Below are positions 10,462 to 20,756 of a DNA stretch of 64,000 bases, piece by piece; within the stretch, counting starts at the first letter, position 1, and the number at the start of each line of letters is the position of its first letter. The translations under genes were made by a program, and so were the position numbers. Source of the stretch: an uncultured delta proteobacterium (lineage in GTDB: Bacteria > Myxococcota_A > Polyangia > Palsa-1104); the NCBI GenBank assembly GCA_963785725.1, contig CAWAWS010000014.1, positions 288,001 to 352,000 of the forward strand, written 5' to 3'. The notes beneath the pieces are model-generated. The model worked only from the letters and a program-made list of their open reading frames with translations, had not been told where the DNA came from and made no database searches.

Positions 10462-11192
10462 GCGAGCGCACGCGAGCGATGGCGAACGAGGCCGCGCCGC
10501 CGGCGACGTCGTTCCATCGCCTGGCCGTCGTCGACGCGTGGGACGAGACGCCGACGCTGCGTGGCGTGCGGCTCGACTTGGGCGCGCTGGCGCCGACCTA
10601 CGCGCGGCCGGGCCAGGTCGTGAAATTACGCGCGCGCGACTGCGAGGCCTACTTCGCGCTCGCCAGCGCGCCCAGCGCCGATGGCTCGGGCGAGCTGCTC
10701 GTCAAGCGCGGCTCGCCCGTCGCCGACGCGCTCGCCGCCGCCGCGCCCGGCACGCTCGTCGAAGCCACGGCGCCGTTCGGCGACGGCTTTCCCGTCGACG
10801 CCGCGCGCGGCCGCGACGTGCTCTTGTTCGCCGCCGGCGCCGGCATCACGCCGGTGCGCGCGCTCACGCAGTGGCTGCTCGCGCAACGCTGTCACGGCAA
10901 GCTCGCCCTCTTCTACGGCCAGCGCAGCGACCGCGACTTCGCCTACGTCCGCGAGCACGACCGCTGGCGCGCCGACGGCGTGCACCTCGTCTTGTGCGCC
11001 TCGCAGCCGTCGCCGAGCTGGACCGGCGCGCGCGGCTACGTCCAGACCGTCGCCGACGAGCTGCGGCTACACCACGTCGGCACCGACAACGCCGTCGCCT
11101 TCTTGTGCGGCATGCGCCCGATGGTCGACGATGTGCGCCGCGTGCTTCAGCAGTACGGCTTGCCGCCCGAGCGCGTCTTCCTCAACGTCTGA
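10458..11192 (+). CDS. ferredoxin-NADP reductase-like FAD/NAD(P)-binding oxidoreductase
   Basis: RPGQ, YFALASAP, PFGDGF, FAAGAGITP, FLCG; GTGA overlap with the upstream gene (alternative ATG 10479). Confidence 0.88.
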   Translation: MSERTRAMANEAAPPATSFHRLAVVDAWDETPTLRGVRLDLGALAPTYARPGQVVKLRARDCEAYFALASAPSADGSGELLVKRGSPVADALAAAAPGTLVEATAPFGDGFPVDAARGRDVLLFAAGAGITPVRALTQWLLAQRCHGKLALFYGQRSDRDFAYVREHDRWRADGVHLVLCASQPSPSWTGARGYVQTVADELRLHHVGTDNAVAFLCGMRPMVDDVRRVLQQYGLPPERVFLNV

Positions 11193-12250
11193 CGCAGCGC
11201 CATCAGCAGCAGAAAGCCCACGAAAATCCACGACGAAGCCGCGCGCTCGCCGGCGACGCTGCAGCCCGAGCTGGCGGGCTTGGTGCCGGCGATGCAGAAG
11301 CCGGCGTCGTCGATCTCGCCGCAGTAGTAGCCGGTCGGACAGCTGTCCTCGCCCGACGCGCCGCACGCCTGCATGCAGTAGTCGGTCTTGCCGTCGCTGC
11401 CGCAGATCTGCGACGCGCAGTCGCGGTTGGTCGTGCAAGCGGCGCCGATCGCGCCCTGCGTCGTCGGCGGATCGACCGAGTTGACGTACTGATCGATGAA
11501 CGCGCTGTAGGAGGCGAGGTTGGTGTCGACGGCGCCTTGCGACACCGTGCAGTTGGTGTCGCCGTACGACGTGACGCCGGCGATGACCTCTTTGCCGGCG
11601 ACGTTCAGAAACCCGGGCCCGCCCGAGTCGCCTTCGCAGTCGTCGTTGGTCTTGCCGATGAGCGTGATGCCGACGTCGTTGACGGCGGTGACTTTGGCGC
11701 TGCCCATGCGCCGAATGCCGGCCGTGCTCGTGTCCGGCGGATCGCCGCCTTTGGTGACGCCGTAGCCGACGATGCGCGCCGTCTTGCCGACGTAGCTCTT
11801 GCCGAGGCTCGTGTGGTTGTACGAGAGCGGCGCGAGGCCGAGCGGCTGATTGAAGATGCCGACCGCGATGTCGTGCCCCTGCTTTTGAATCGCGGTGATG
11901 TCGTTGACGAACGCCGGATCGTAGTGCGTCTCGTCGACGGGGATGAAGTTGGCGTTGCCCGCGGTGTTGAAGTCGTCGAGCGGCATGATCGAGAACTGCG
12001 AGCCCGGCGCGACGGCATCGGGCGACACGCAGTGCGCCGCCGTGATGACGACGTGCGGTGAAATGACCTCGGCCGTGCAGATCGACGCGACGGTGGCGCC
12101 TTCGGCCTGCGCGTACCACATGACGACGCTGGTGTCGGTCGTGTCCGCGGTGCCGCCGACGATGGCCTCGGTCACGCCGGCAACGGGCGCGCCGGCGCTG
12201 CAAGCGGTCAGCGCGAGGCCGAGCCCGCACACGAGGCCGATACGCGTCAT
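11147..12250 (-). CDS. secreted S1 (trypsin-like) serine protease with Cys-rich domain and MYXO-CTERM-like tail
   Basis: IVGG, TAAHC, HDIAV, GDSGGP; C-terminal SSGCSV plus TM helix and basic residues. Confidence 0.9.
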   Translation of the reverse strand: MTRIGLVCGLGLALTACSAGAPVAGVTEAIVGGTADTTDTSVVMWYAQAEGATVASICTAEVISPHVVITAAHCVSPDAVAPGSQFSIMPLDDFNTAGNANFIPVDETHYDPAFVNDITAIQKQGHDIAVGIFNQPLGLAPLSYNHTSLGKSYVGKTARIVGYGVTKGGDPPDTSTAGIRRMGSAKVTAVNDVGITLIGKTNDDCEGDSGGPGFLNVAGKEVIAGVTSYGDTNCTVSQGAVDTNLASYSAFIDQYVNSVDPPTTQGAIGAACTTNRDCASQICGSDGKTDYCMQACGASGEDSCPTGYYCGEIDDAGFCIAGTKPASSGCSVAGERAASSWIFVGFLLLMALRQTLRKTRSGGKPYC

Positions 12251-12325
12251 CGCCGTATCATATCGGCAATCGCCGCGACGATCGATGTGCGCGATGTAAG
12301 CGAGCGGCGAGAAGCGACGGGCGAC

Positions 12326-13558
12326 TTAGAATTCGAAGGCGGCCGAGACACCGCCGCCTTGCGTGCTGAACACCGGCGACACGCGCAGCGTCTGCTTGAT
12401 CACCGCCGCCGTCTGCCGTTCGCTCGCCTTGGCGTGCGCCGCCTGCCGATCGCCGACGATGAACGACACGACGCCCGATGCCGCCAGCGCGCCGGTCGCG
12501 ATCCACAAGCCCGTCGTCGCGTTGGCGAAGTTGTTGCCGGTCGAGCAGTCGCTCTTGTACTTGCCGACGTTGCCGCTGACGGTGCCCGGCACATTGCAGC
12601 TCGGGTTCTTGTTGATGAACATCTGGCCGTTGGAGTCGCTGGCGGTGAGGCCGCGCAAGTCGTCGTGCGCTTTGCCTTCGTAATTGACGTAGGTGCGCCA
12701 CGTGTAGATGGCGACGGCCGTGGTCACGAGCGCGCCACCGACGAGCGCCGCGCCCGCGATCTTGGCGGCGCGACCGGGATGGTCGCGCCGCGGCGCGACC
12801 GCCGGCAACATCGGCGTCGCCATCGGCACCGGCTCGGGCGGCGGCGGCTCGGCCTTGGCGACGACCGCCGGCGCTTCGGCCTCGAGCACCGCGTTCAGGT
12901 CCTGGTTCGCGCCCGGCCGCAGCTCGATCGTGCGCGTCGCCGACAGCCGCCCGCTCAGCGACAGCACGATCTGATGCGTCCCCGCCGACAGCTCGCGCAA
13001 CGTCAGCGGCGTCTTGCCGTAGCCCGTGCCGTCGACGGTGACGAGCGCGCCCGTCGGATCGGTGGTCACCGTCAACGTCGGCTTGGTGTCGATCTCGACG
13101 AGCTGCGCGAACCACCTGCCGGCGACGATGTTGACCTGCCCAGCCGCGAGCTCGCGCTTGGTGGCGCTGTCGTTGACGAACTTCTCGACCGCCCCGCTGC
13201 GCACGTCCAGCAGCTTCAACGCCAATGAAAACGTAGCTTTCGGGCCCTTCTTGATGACGCCGTAGAGGAGCTTGTCGGCGCCGAGCGACTTGCCGGCCTG
13301 CGCCATACAGCCAGGCGCCTCGCCGTCGCAGTTGAAGATCATCTTGATCTCGATCAGATCTTTGCCTTGCACGACCCGCACGCCGCTCGTCGCTGCGGCG
13401 CGCTGGCGGAGCGCATCTGTCACCTGCTGCGCCAGCGCTTCGGGCACGTCCACCGTCTCCAGGCCGAGCACGGCGACGCCTACATCGGGCGCCGCGCCCG
13501 CGTTCCCGGCCAGGCCGAGCGCGAGCAACGCCCCGATTACGGATAGATAGCGACGCAT
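12326..13558 (-). CDS. PEGA domain-containing envelope protein
   Basis: Signal peptide, TTDPTGALVTVDG PEGA motif, C-terminal GGGVSAAFEF. Confidence 0.85.
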   Translation of the reverse strand: MRRYLSVIGALLALGLAGNAGAAPDVGVAVLGLETVDVPEALAQQVTDALRQRAAATSGVRVVQGKDLIEIKMIFNCDGEAPGCMAQAGKSLGADKLLYGVIKKGPKATFSLALKLLDVRSGAVEKFVNDSATKRELAAGQVNIVAGRWFAQLVEIDTKPTLTVTTDPTGALVTVDGTGYGKTPLTLRELSAGTHQIVLSLSGRLSATRTIELRPGANQDLNAVLEAEAPAVVAKAEPPPPEPVPMATPMLPAVAPRRDHPGRAAKIAGAALVGGALVTTAVAIYTWRTYVNYEGKAHDDLRGLTASDSNGQMFINKNPSCNVPGTVSGNVGKYKSDCSTGNNFANATTGLWIATGALAASGVVSFIVGDRQAAHAKASERQTAAVIKQTLRVSPVFSTQGGGVSAAFEF

Positions 13559-13566
13559 TGCGCCGC

Positions 13567-13576
13567 ATTATACACT
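13567..13576. promoter_or_regulatory. overlapping bidirectional -10 elements
   Basis: TATAAT on - (13572-13567) and TACACT on + (13571-13576) in a 27-bp gap between divergent ATGs. Confidence 0.65.
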
Positions 13577-13585
13577 AAGGCTGCA

Positions 13586-15124
<1,539 letters not shown>

Positions 15125-15185
15125 GCACTCCGAGCAGAATGTCGGAGCGATTTGCGTAGTCCGCGCGCGCTGCTAAAGTGGCGCC

Positions 15186-15614
15186 GTGGCTCAGTCGGAA
15201 CCCGATCTGCCGCGCATCGTGCGCGTCCTGCTCGTCGAGGACAATCCGCACGTCGCCGAGCTCATCACCGACGGCCTCGACGGCGCCGCGCGGCGCGACT
15301 TGGGCGGCCGCGTCGCCTTCATCTTCGACGTCGTCGGCGACGGCCAAATGGCGCTCGAGCGGCTCGCCGAAGTGGATCCCGATCTCATCATCCTCGACGT
15401 CTACATGCCGGTGATGGACGGCTCGGCGTTCCTGCGTTTCTTGCGCGCGCGGCCGCGTCACGCCTCGACGCCGGTCATCGCGCTGTCGGCGGGCGGCCCG
15501 TCGGCGCGCGACGCCGCGATGGCCGCCGGCGCCGACGTCTTCCTCGACAAGCCGCTCCGGCTCAACGAGGTGCTGGGCGCGGCGGTGCGGCTGCTTTCTG
15601 TCGCAATGCCGTGA
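15186..15614 (+). CDS. single-domain response regulator
   Basis: LLVEDN, IILDVYMPVMDG, ALSA, FLDKP. Confidence 0.9.
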   Translation: MAQSEPDLPRIVRVLLVEDNPHVAELITDGLDGAARRDLGGRVAFIFDVVGDGQMALERLAEVDPDLIILDVYMPVMDGSAFLRFLRARPRHASTPVIALSAGGPSARDAAMAAGADVFLDKPLRLNEVLGAAVRLLSVAMP

Positions 15615-18102
15615 GCGCCGCTTCCTGCGCTTCGTTCGGCGCGCAGGCCAAGCCCAGCTCGATCTCGCTCTTCGCTTCGGCCGCGCGTCCCAGCTGCTGC
15701 AGCGCCCGCGCCCGCGCCACGTGCACGTCGACGTCATAAGGCGCGATATTTTGCGCCAGCGTCGAGGCGCGCACGACGTCGGCCCAACGGCCCAGCTTGT
15801 CGTAATGCTCGACGAGCGCCTTCGGAATCGACGCGTCCATCACGTCCAGCTGCGCCGCCGTCTCCCATTCGCGCAAGGCCGCCGCTTCGTCCGTCTTCAA
15901 CAGCGCTTTGCCTAATCCGACATACGGCTCGGCGGCGTCGGGATCGAACTGCTTGGCCAACGCCAGCTGCTTCTTGGCCTCCTCGAGGTTGCCTTCGTCG
16001 ACGGCCAGCTTGCCGAGCAGATAGCGCGCGTCGTAGCCGTCGCCGTGGCCGAGGTCGATGAGCGAGTCGAGCATCGAATGCGCCATCGCCCGATCTTTGC
16101 GCGCCATCGCCAAATGCGCCGCCGCCAACGCCAGCTCGCGCGGCTTGGTGAGCGACTTGCCGTCGCGCGCCTGGGCCACGAGATCGTGCAGGCTGTCGAT
16201 GAGCTTCTGCGCCGCCTCGCCTTGTCCCGCCGTCACCAACGCCAGCGCCATCAAGCCTTTGGCGCGCGCGTCGTCGGGATGCGCGGCCAGCTGGTCGCGC
16301 AGCGCTTCGATGTCGGAGAAGTCGCTCGGCCGCACGAAGAACTCGCCTTCGTAGGGCTTGAGCCGCGCGCGCAGATCGGCCTCGAACGCCGCGTCGTAGG
16401 CTTTGACGTCGAGCCCCGTGATCGCCGGGATGACGTCGGCCGAATCCTTGCCTTGCGCGAACAGCGTCAGCGCTTTGGGCACCACCGCAAAACCCCAGCG
16501 ACGCACGAGAAACATCACCTCCTCGGCCGCTTGATGGTAGGTCACGACCATGTGCGAGACGTCGCGGGCGCGCGTGAAACCGGCATTCAAGTCGCCGACC
16601 GACAGCAGCTTGCCGTCGCTGAGCGCGCGATAGAGCTCGGCGTGCGTGCGTCGCGTCCAGGTCGGGTCGACGCGCGCCGTCTCGTACTCCGACAGCCCTT
16701 CGGTGAACCAGCGCGGCACGCGCGCGCGCGACATTTGTATGGAAAACACGTGCGCGACTTCGTGCCAGAGCATCATGCCCCAGTTGAAGTTGGCCTTCAT
16801 CGGCGACAGCGCCGTCACGACTTTGCCGAAGGTGACGCCGAGCGGCTCGATGCCCGGCAGCCCGACCGTGCGCACCGAAAAATGCTCGGGATCGGCGAAC
16901 AGCTCGATCGTCAGCGGACCTTGCGGCGTAAATCCATAGCGCGCCACCAGCTCCTTGTATTCGCGCGTCACCATCGGCGTCACGTAATGCAAGAGCGGCA
17001 GCTCTTCCTTCTTGCTCACGCGAAAACGAAACGGGGTCCCTTCGACGGTCACGTACTGCTTGGCGATGATGTCGTCGTAGAGGTTGAGCAAGTTGTAGGT
17101 GCGGACGTTGTAAGGATCGCGCTTCCACGCTTCGCGCAGCGACTCGAGGCCTTTGGCGTCGTCGCCGAGCCGCAGCCAGTTCGTGCCGATCGCCGCCAGC
17201 GCCACCCACGACTTCGGCTCCAGCTTCAGCGCTTCGGCCTCCATCTGGTTGGCTTCGTCGTAGCGATGCTCCTTGACCAGGAACTCGGCGACGCCGTGAA
17301 AGAATTCCCAGGCGCGCGGGTTCACCTTCAGCACGCGATCGCGCTCGGCCGCGTACGCGCGCGGGTCGTCGCGCAAGTAGCGCACCGCGGCGACGAGCGT
17401 ACGCGCCCGTAATTCGTCGGGATTGAAGGCGAGCACCTTCTGCGCCGCGGCCACGGCTTCGGGCCAGCGCTCGTCGTCGACGAGCTTCTCGGCGCGCAAG
17501 TCGAGCGCGGTCACGTTCTTCGGATCGGCTTGCAGCGCCGCCGTCAGCTCTTTGTCGGCGGCGGCGATGTCGTTCTGCTCCATCTTCACGCGCGCCATCA
17601 ACGCGTGCGCTTCGGCGTCGTGCGGCAACACTTTGAGCGCCTCTTGCAGCGACACTTCGGCGTGTCCGGCGTCGTATTTCTCGAGGAACAGCGCCGCCCA
17701 CGCGATGTTGGCGCGCGCGCCGTCGGCGCCTTTCGGGTCGGCGTCGACGGCGTCGCGGAACGTGTCGTTGGCGTCCGACCAGCCGCCGAGATAGCGCGCC
17801 GCTTCGGCGACGTACGTGAGGTCGCGCGCCGACTTGTGATCGAGCGTGTTGGCCTCGTAATCGTCGTAAAAGCGGTTCCAGACGGCGCGCTCGGCGTCGC
17901 GCTGGCCGGTGGCGCGATAGACGAGCCCGAGCTGCCGCCGGGCCGCGAACGCCTTCGGATCCTTCTTCACGACCGGCTCGAGCAGCGCCTGCGCCTCGGC
18001 AAAACGGCCGCTCTTGCGCAGCCGCTCACCGTCGGCAGCGGCGTCCGCGTGCGCGGTCGTCGTAAACGCTAGGAGCACAAGGGGTACGAGCGGTCGCCAC
18101 AT
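15562..18102 (-). CDS. TPR protein with a central gluzincin-like metallopeptidase domain
   Basis: Signal peptide from ATG 18102, many TPR-like repeats, HEVAH plus PRWFTEGLSEY. Confidence 0.85.
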   Translation of the reverse strand: MWRPLVPLVLLAFTTTAHADAAADGERLRKSGRFAEAQALLEPVVKKDPKAFAARRQLGLVYRATGQRDAERAVWNRFYDDYEANTLDHKSARDLTYVAEAARYLGGWSDANDTFRDAVDADPKGADGARANIAWAALFLEKYDAGHAEVSLQEALKVLPHDAEAHALMARVKMEQNDIAAADKELTAALQADPKNVTALDLRAEKLVDDERWPEAVAAAQKVLAFNPDELRARTLVAAVRYLRDDPRAYAAERDRVLKVNPRAWEFFHGVAEFLVKEHRYDEANQMEAEALKLEPKSWVALAAIGTNWLRLGDDAKGLESLREAWKRDPYNVRTYNLLNLYDDIIAKQYVTVEGTPFRFRVSKKEELPLLHYVTPMVTREYKELVARYGFTPQGPLTIELFADPEHFSVRTVGLPGIEPLGVTFGKVVTALSPMKANFNWGMMLWHEVAHVFSIQMSRARVPRWFTEGLSEYETARVDPTWTRRTHAELYRALSDGKLLSVGDLNAGFTRARDVSHMVVTYHQAAEEVMFLVRRWGFAVVPKALTLFAQGKDSADVIPAITGLDVKAYDAAFEADLRARLKPYEGEFFVRPSDFSDIEALRDQLAAHPDDARAKGLMALALVTAGQGEAAQKLIDSLHDLVAQARDGKSLTKPRELALAAAHLAMARKDRAMAHSMLDSLIDLGHGDGYDARYLLGKLAVDEGNLEEAKKQLALAKQFDPDAAEPYVGLGKALLKTDEAAALREWETAAQLDVMDASIPKALVEHYDKLGRWADVVRASTLAQNIAPYDVDVHVARARALQQLGRAAEAKSEIELGLACAPNEAQEAALTALRQKAAAPPRPAPR

Positions 18103-18122
18103 GCCGGTGTTATGATCTAGCA

Positions 18123-18623
18123 ATGGCCACCCCAGCGGACAAGCAATCCTCGGTCGCCGCCGCATATGACACGTTCGACGACTACCTGAAGCTCACGATC
18201 CAAGAGTACTACGAGCGGGGGTGGAAGAATCGGCGCGCCAACTTCATCGCGCTCTTGGTCGCGTCGGGACAGATGACGTCCGTCGCCAAAGACGCGGTCG
18301 CCGGCGACAAAGGGCTGCGCAACGTCGCCGTCGGCGCGGCGTCGGCCGTGGCGCTGCGTTTCGCGCTGCGTTGGGCGCTGGGCGGGCCGCTCGGCATCCT
18401 CATCACGGCCGCGACCGGCGCGTCGCTCGTCGCCTTCTTGATCCGCAATCAGAAGGAAATCTCGCAGAAGATCGGTCGCTTCCGCGAGCGCATCGCCGAG
18501 GAAAAGAAGAAGTTCGAGGAGATTCAGTCGGGTTATCGCGCCAACCGTTATGACGCGCGCGAACGCAACCTGATGGTCGACGGTCAGCTCAAGCGCTTCC
18601 TGAGCGATCTCGACGAAGCGTAA
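18123..18623 (+). CDS. hypothetical protein (hydrophobic hairpin plus coiled coil)
   Basis: Strong codon bias; extended -10 TGtTATGAT 6 nt before ATG. Confidence 0.8.
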   Translation: MATPADKQSSVAAAYDTFDDYLKLTIQEYYERGWKNRRANFIALLVASGQMTSVAKDAVAGDKGLRNVAVGAASAVALRFALRWALGGPLGILITAATGASLVAFLIRNQKEISQKIGRFRERIAEEKKKFEEIQSGYRANRYDARERNLMVDGQLKRFLSDLDEA

Positions 18624-18668
18624 GAAGCAGCACTCGCCGCGCCCACGCATTGCGCCTACAATGATCGT

Positions 18669-19328
18669 GTGGCGGGACTATTCGCCTTCGCGTTTTTGGT
18701 GGTGGCAGCGATCATCGCCTTCGGCGGCACCGGCATGGCGCTCGGGGGCGATCGTGTCCGCGATCGGCTGCTGGCGCGGCGCGGCTTGCGCTACCAGTGG
18801 ACCGTCCGCGTCGCCGACGTCGGCGACGGCTGCGACGTCAAGCTCGAAGGCGCCGCCGTTCCCGTCGACGGGCGCGGCTTGGAGGCGCCTTTCTCGCGCC
18901 GGCGCTGCGTCGCCTACGAGCTGACGCTGTTCGACCTCGACGGCGTGCGGCCGACGTTGCTGGCGCGCGAGGTCGTCGCCTGCCCGTTCCTCCTGCGCGA
19001 CGACAGCGGCACCGCGTACATCCTGCCGACGACGGCGCGCATCGGCATCCAGCCCGACAAGCAGTGGCGCTACGATCCGATTCGGCCGACGACGGCGCGC
19101 GTGGCCGCGCTGCTCGCCCGTCACGACGTCGCGGCGCGCGCGCAGGGCCGCACGCTGCTCGTCTGCGAAGGCGTGCTCGAGGTCGGCGTCGTCGTCGCGG
19201 TGTCGGGCCACGCGACGCAGGAGCTGGATCCGACGGCGCCGGCGCTCTATCGCACGGCGAGCACGCGCCCGCGGCTGACGGGCAGCGATTCGGCGCCGCT
19301 CCTGCTCGCGGCGTCGTCCGAAATCTGA
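18669..19328 (+). CDS. membrane-anchored protein, GIDE-like domain
   Basis: N-terminal TM; LEAPFSRRRCVAY...PFLLRDDSG...EGVLEVG.V.V.G pattern. Confidence 0.65.
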   Translation: MAGLFAFAFLVVAAIIAFGGTGMALGGDRVRDRLLARRGLRYQWTVRVADVGDGCDVKLEGAAVPVDGRGLEAPFSRRRCVAYELTLFDLDGVRPTLLAREVVACPFLLRDDSGTAYILPTTARIGIQPDKQWRYDPIRPTTARVAALLARHDVAARAQGRTLLVCEGVLEVGVVVAVSGHATQELDPTAPALYRTASTRPRLTGSDSAPLLLAASSEI

Positions 19329-19374
19329 CCGGGTCCGACGACCTGCGTGCCGGTGTGTTAAAATCGGCAGACAC

Positions 19375-20654
19375 ATGGAATTCGATTACGACGTCATCGT
19401 CGCTGGCGGCGGCCCCGCCGGCTCGTCGACGGCCAACTTCCTGCGCCAACGCCATCGCTCGGTCCTCGTCCTCGAACGCGAGGCGTTCCCGCGCTTTCAC
19501 ATCGGCGAGTCGATGCTGCCCTTCTCCAACGACATCTGGCGCGAGCTCGGTGTCTTCGAGCAGATCGATCGGCAGTACATCCACAAGCCGGGCGCCAAAT
19601 TCATCCACGAAGAGACCGGCCACGAGTTCACCTACTACTTCGACAACGCCATTCGCGCCGGCAATCCTTACGCCTATCAGGTCAAGCGCGCCGACTTCGA
19701 CAAGATGCTGCTCGATCACGCCGCGTCGCTCGGCGCCGTCGTCCGCGAGCGACACGCAAGTCGCCGACGTCGACTTCGCTGCCGACGGCGTAACCGTGCG
19801 CGCCGTCGGCCCCGACGGCCAGCGCTACGACGTGCGCGCGCCGCATATTCGTCGACGCCACCGGCCGTGACGCGCTCATCGCCGGCCGGCGCCAGCTCAA
19901 GGTCGCCGACGGCGTCATCACGACGAACGCCGCCGTGCACACGATGTTCCGCAACGTCGATCGCTCGCAAGGCGCCGACGAAGGCAACATCATTATCGGC
20001 CTCTTCGACGGCGGCTGGTGGTGGATGATCCCGTTCAACGACGGCGACACCTCGGTCGGCATCGTCTTCGAGAAGTCGTTCTCCAAAGCGCAGCGCGGCG
20101 CCTCGGCCGAGCAGATGATGCTGGACACCATCGCGCAGCTGCCTAATTTGCGTCGCTATTTGTCGTCGGCCGAGCGGCTCATTCCCGTCGGCGCGCAGGG
20201 CAACTGGAGCTATCGCTCGACGCAGTTTTTCGGCGAGCGGCTGCTCATGGTCGGCGACGCGGCGGCGTTCGTCGACCCGCTGTTTTCGACGGGCGTGCTC
20301 TTCGCCGTGCACGGCGCCAAGTTCGCCGCCGCGCACATCGATCGCGCGCTCGGCGACGGCGACTTCTCGGCGGCGAGCTTCCAGCCGTACCAAGACGAGT
20401 GCGTGCGCGGCATGGACCTCTTCAAAGGGCTGGTGCACGAGTTCTATTCGCAGAACCTGCGCAGCGTGCTCTTGGCCTCGGCGCGCAATCCGACGATCTG
20501 CTCGGTCATCACGTCGCTCTTGGCCGGCGACGTCTACAAGCCGGCGCTGTGGCAGTCGATGGTGCGCAACCAGGGCTTCTCCAATCGCACCGAAGTTGGC
20601 GAGATACCTCACGTTCGCTCCAGCCGACAAGTGAAGGCCGACAAGCTCGCTTGA
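19375..20654 (+). pseudogene. flavin-dependent halogenase-like oxidoreductase split by two +1 insertions (possibly sequencing error)
   Basis: GGGPAG, FPRFHIGES, HKPGAKF, FVDATGR, GWWWMIP, GDAAAFVDPLFSTG spread over three frames; extra bases at ~19750 and ~19841. Confidence 0.8.
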
Positions 20655-20756
20655 CACTCGTTTTCCTTTAGTCACGAACAGTTGAACGATCGCGGTCGGA
20701 CCGCGTGACCATGCTCACTTGACGTACACGTCGCCGCGGGCCTAACTTGGCGCGTC

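Noticed and set aside
19740..19850. Programmed frameshifting in the halogenase, panE or recA
   Set aside because: No slippery sequences, and two to six events per gene would be needed.
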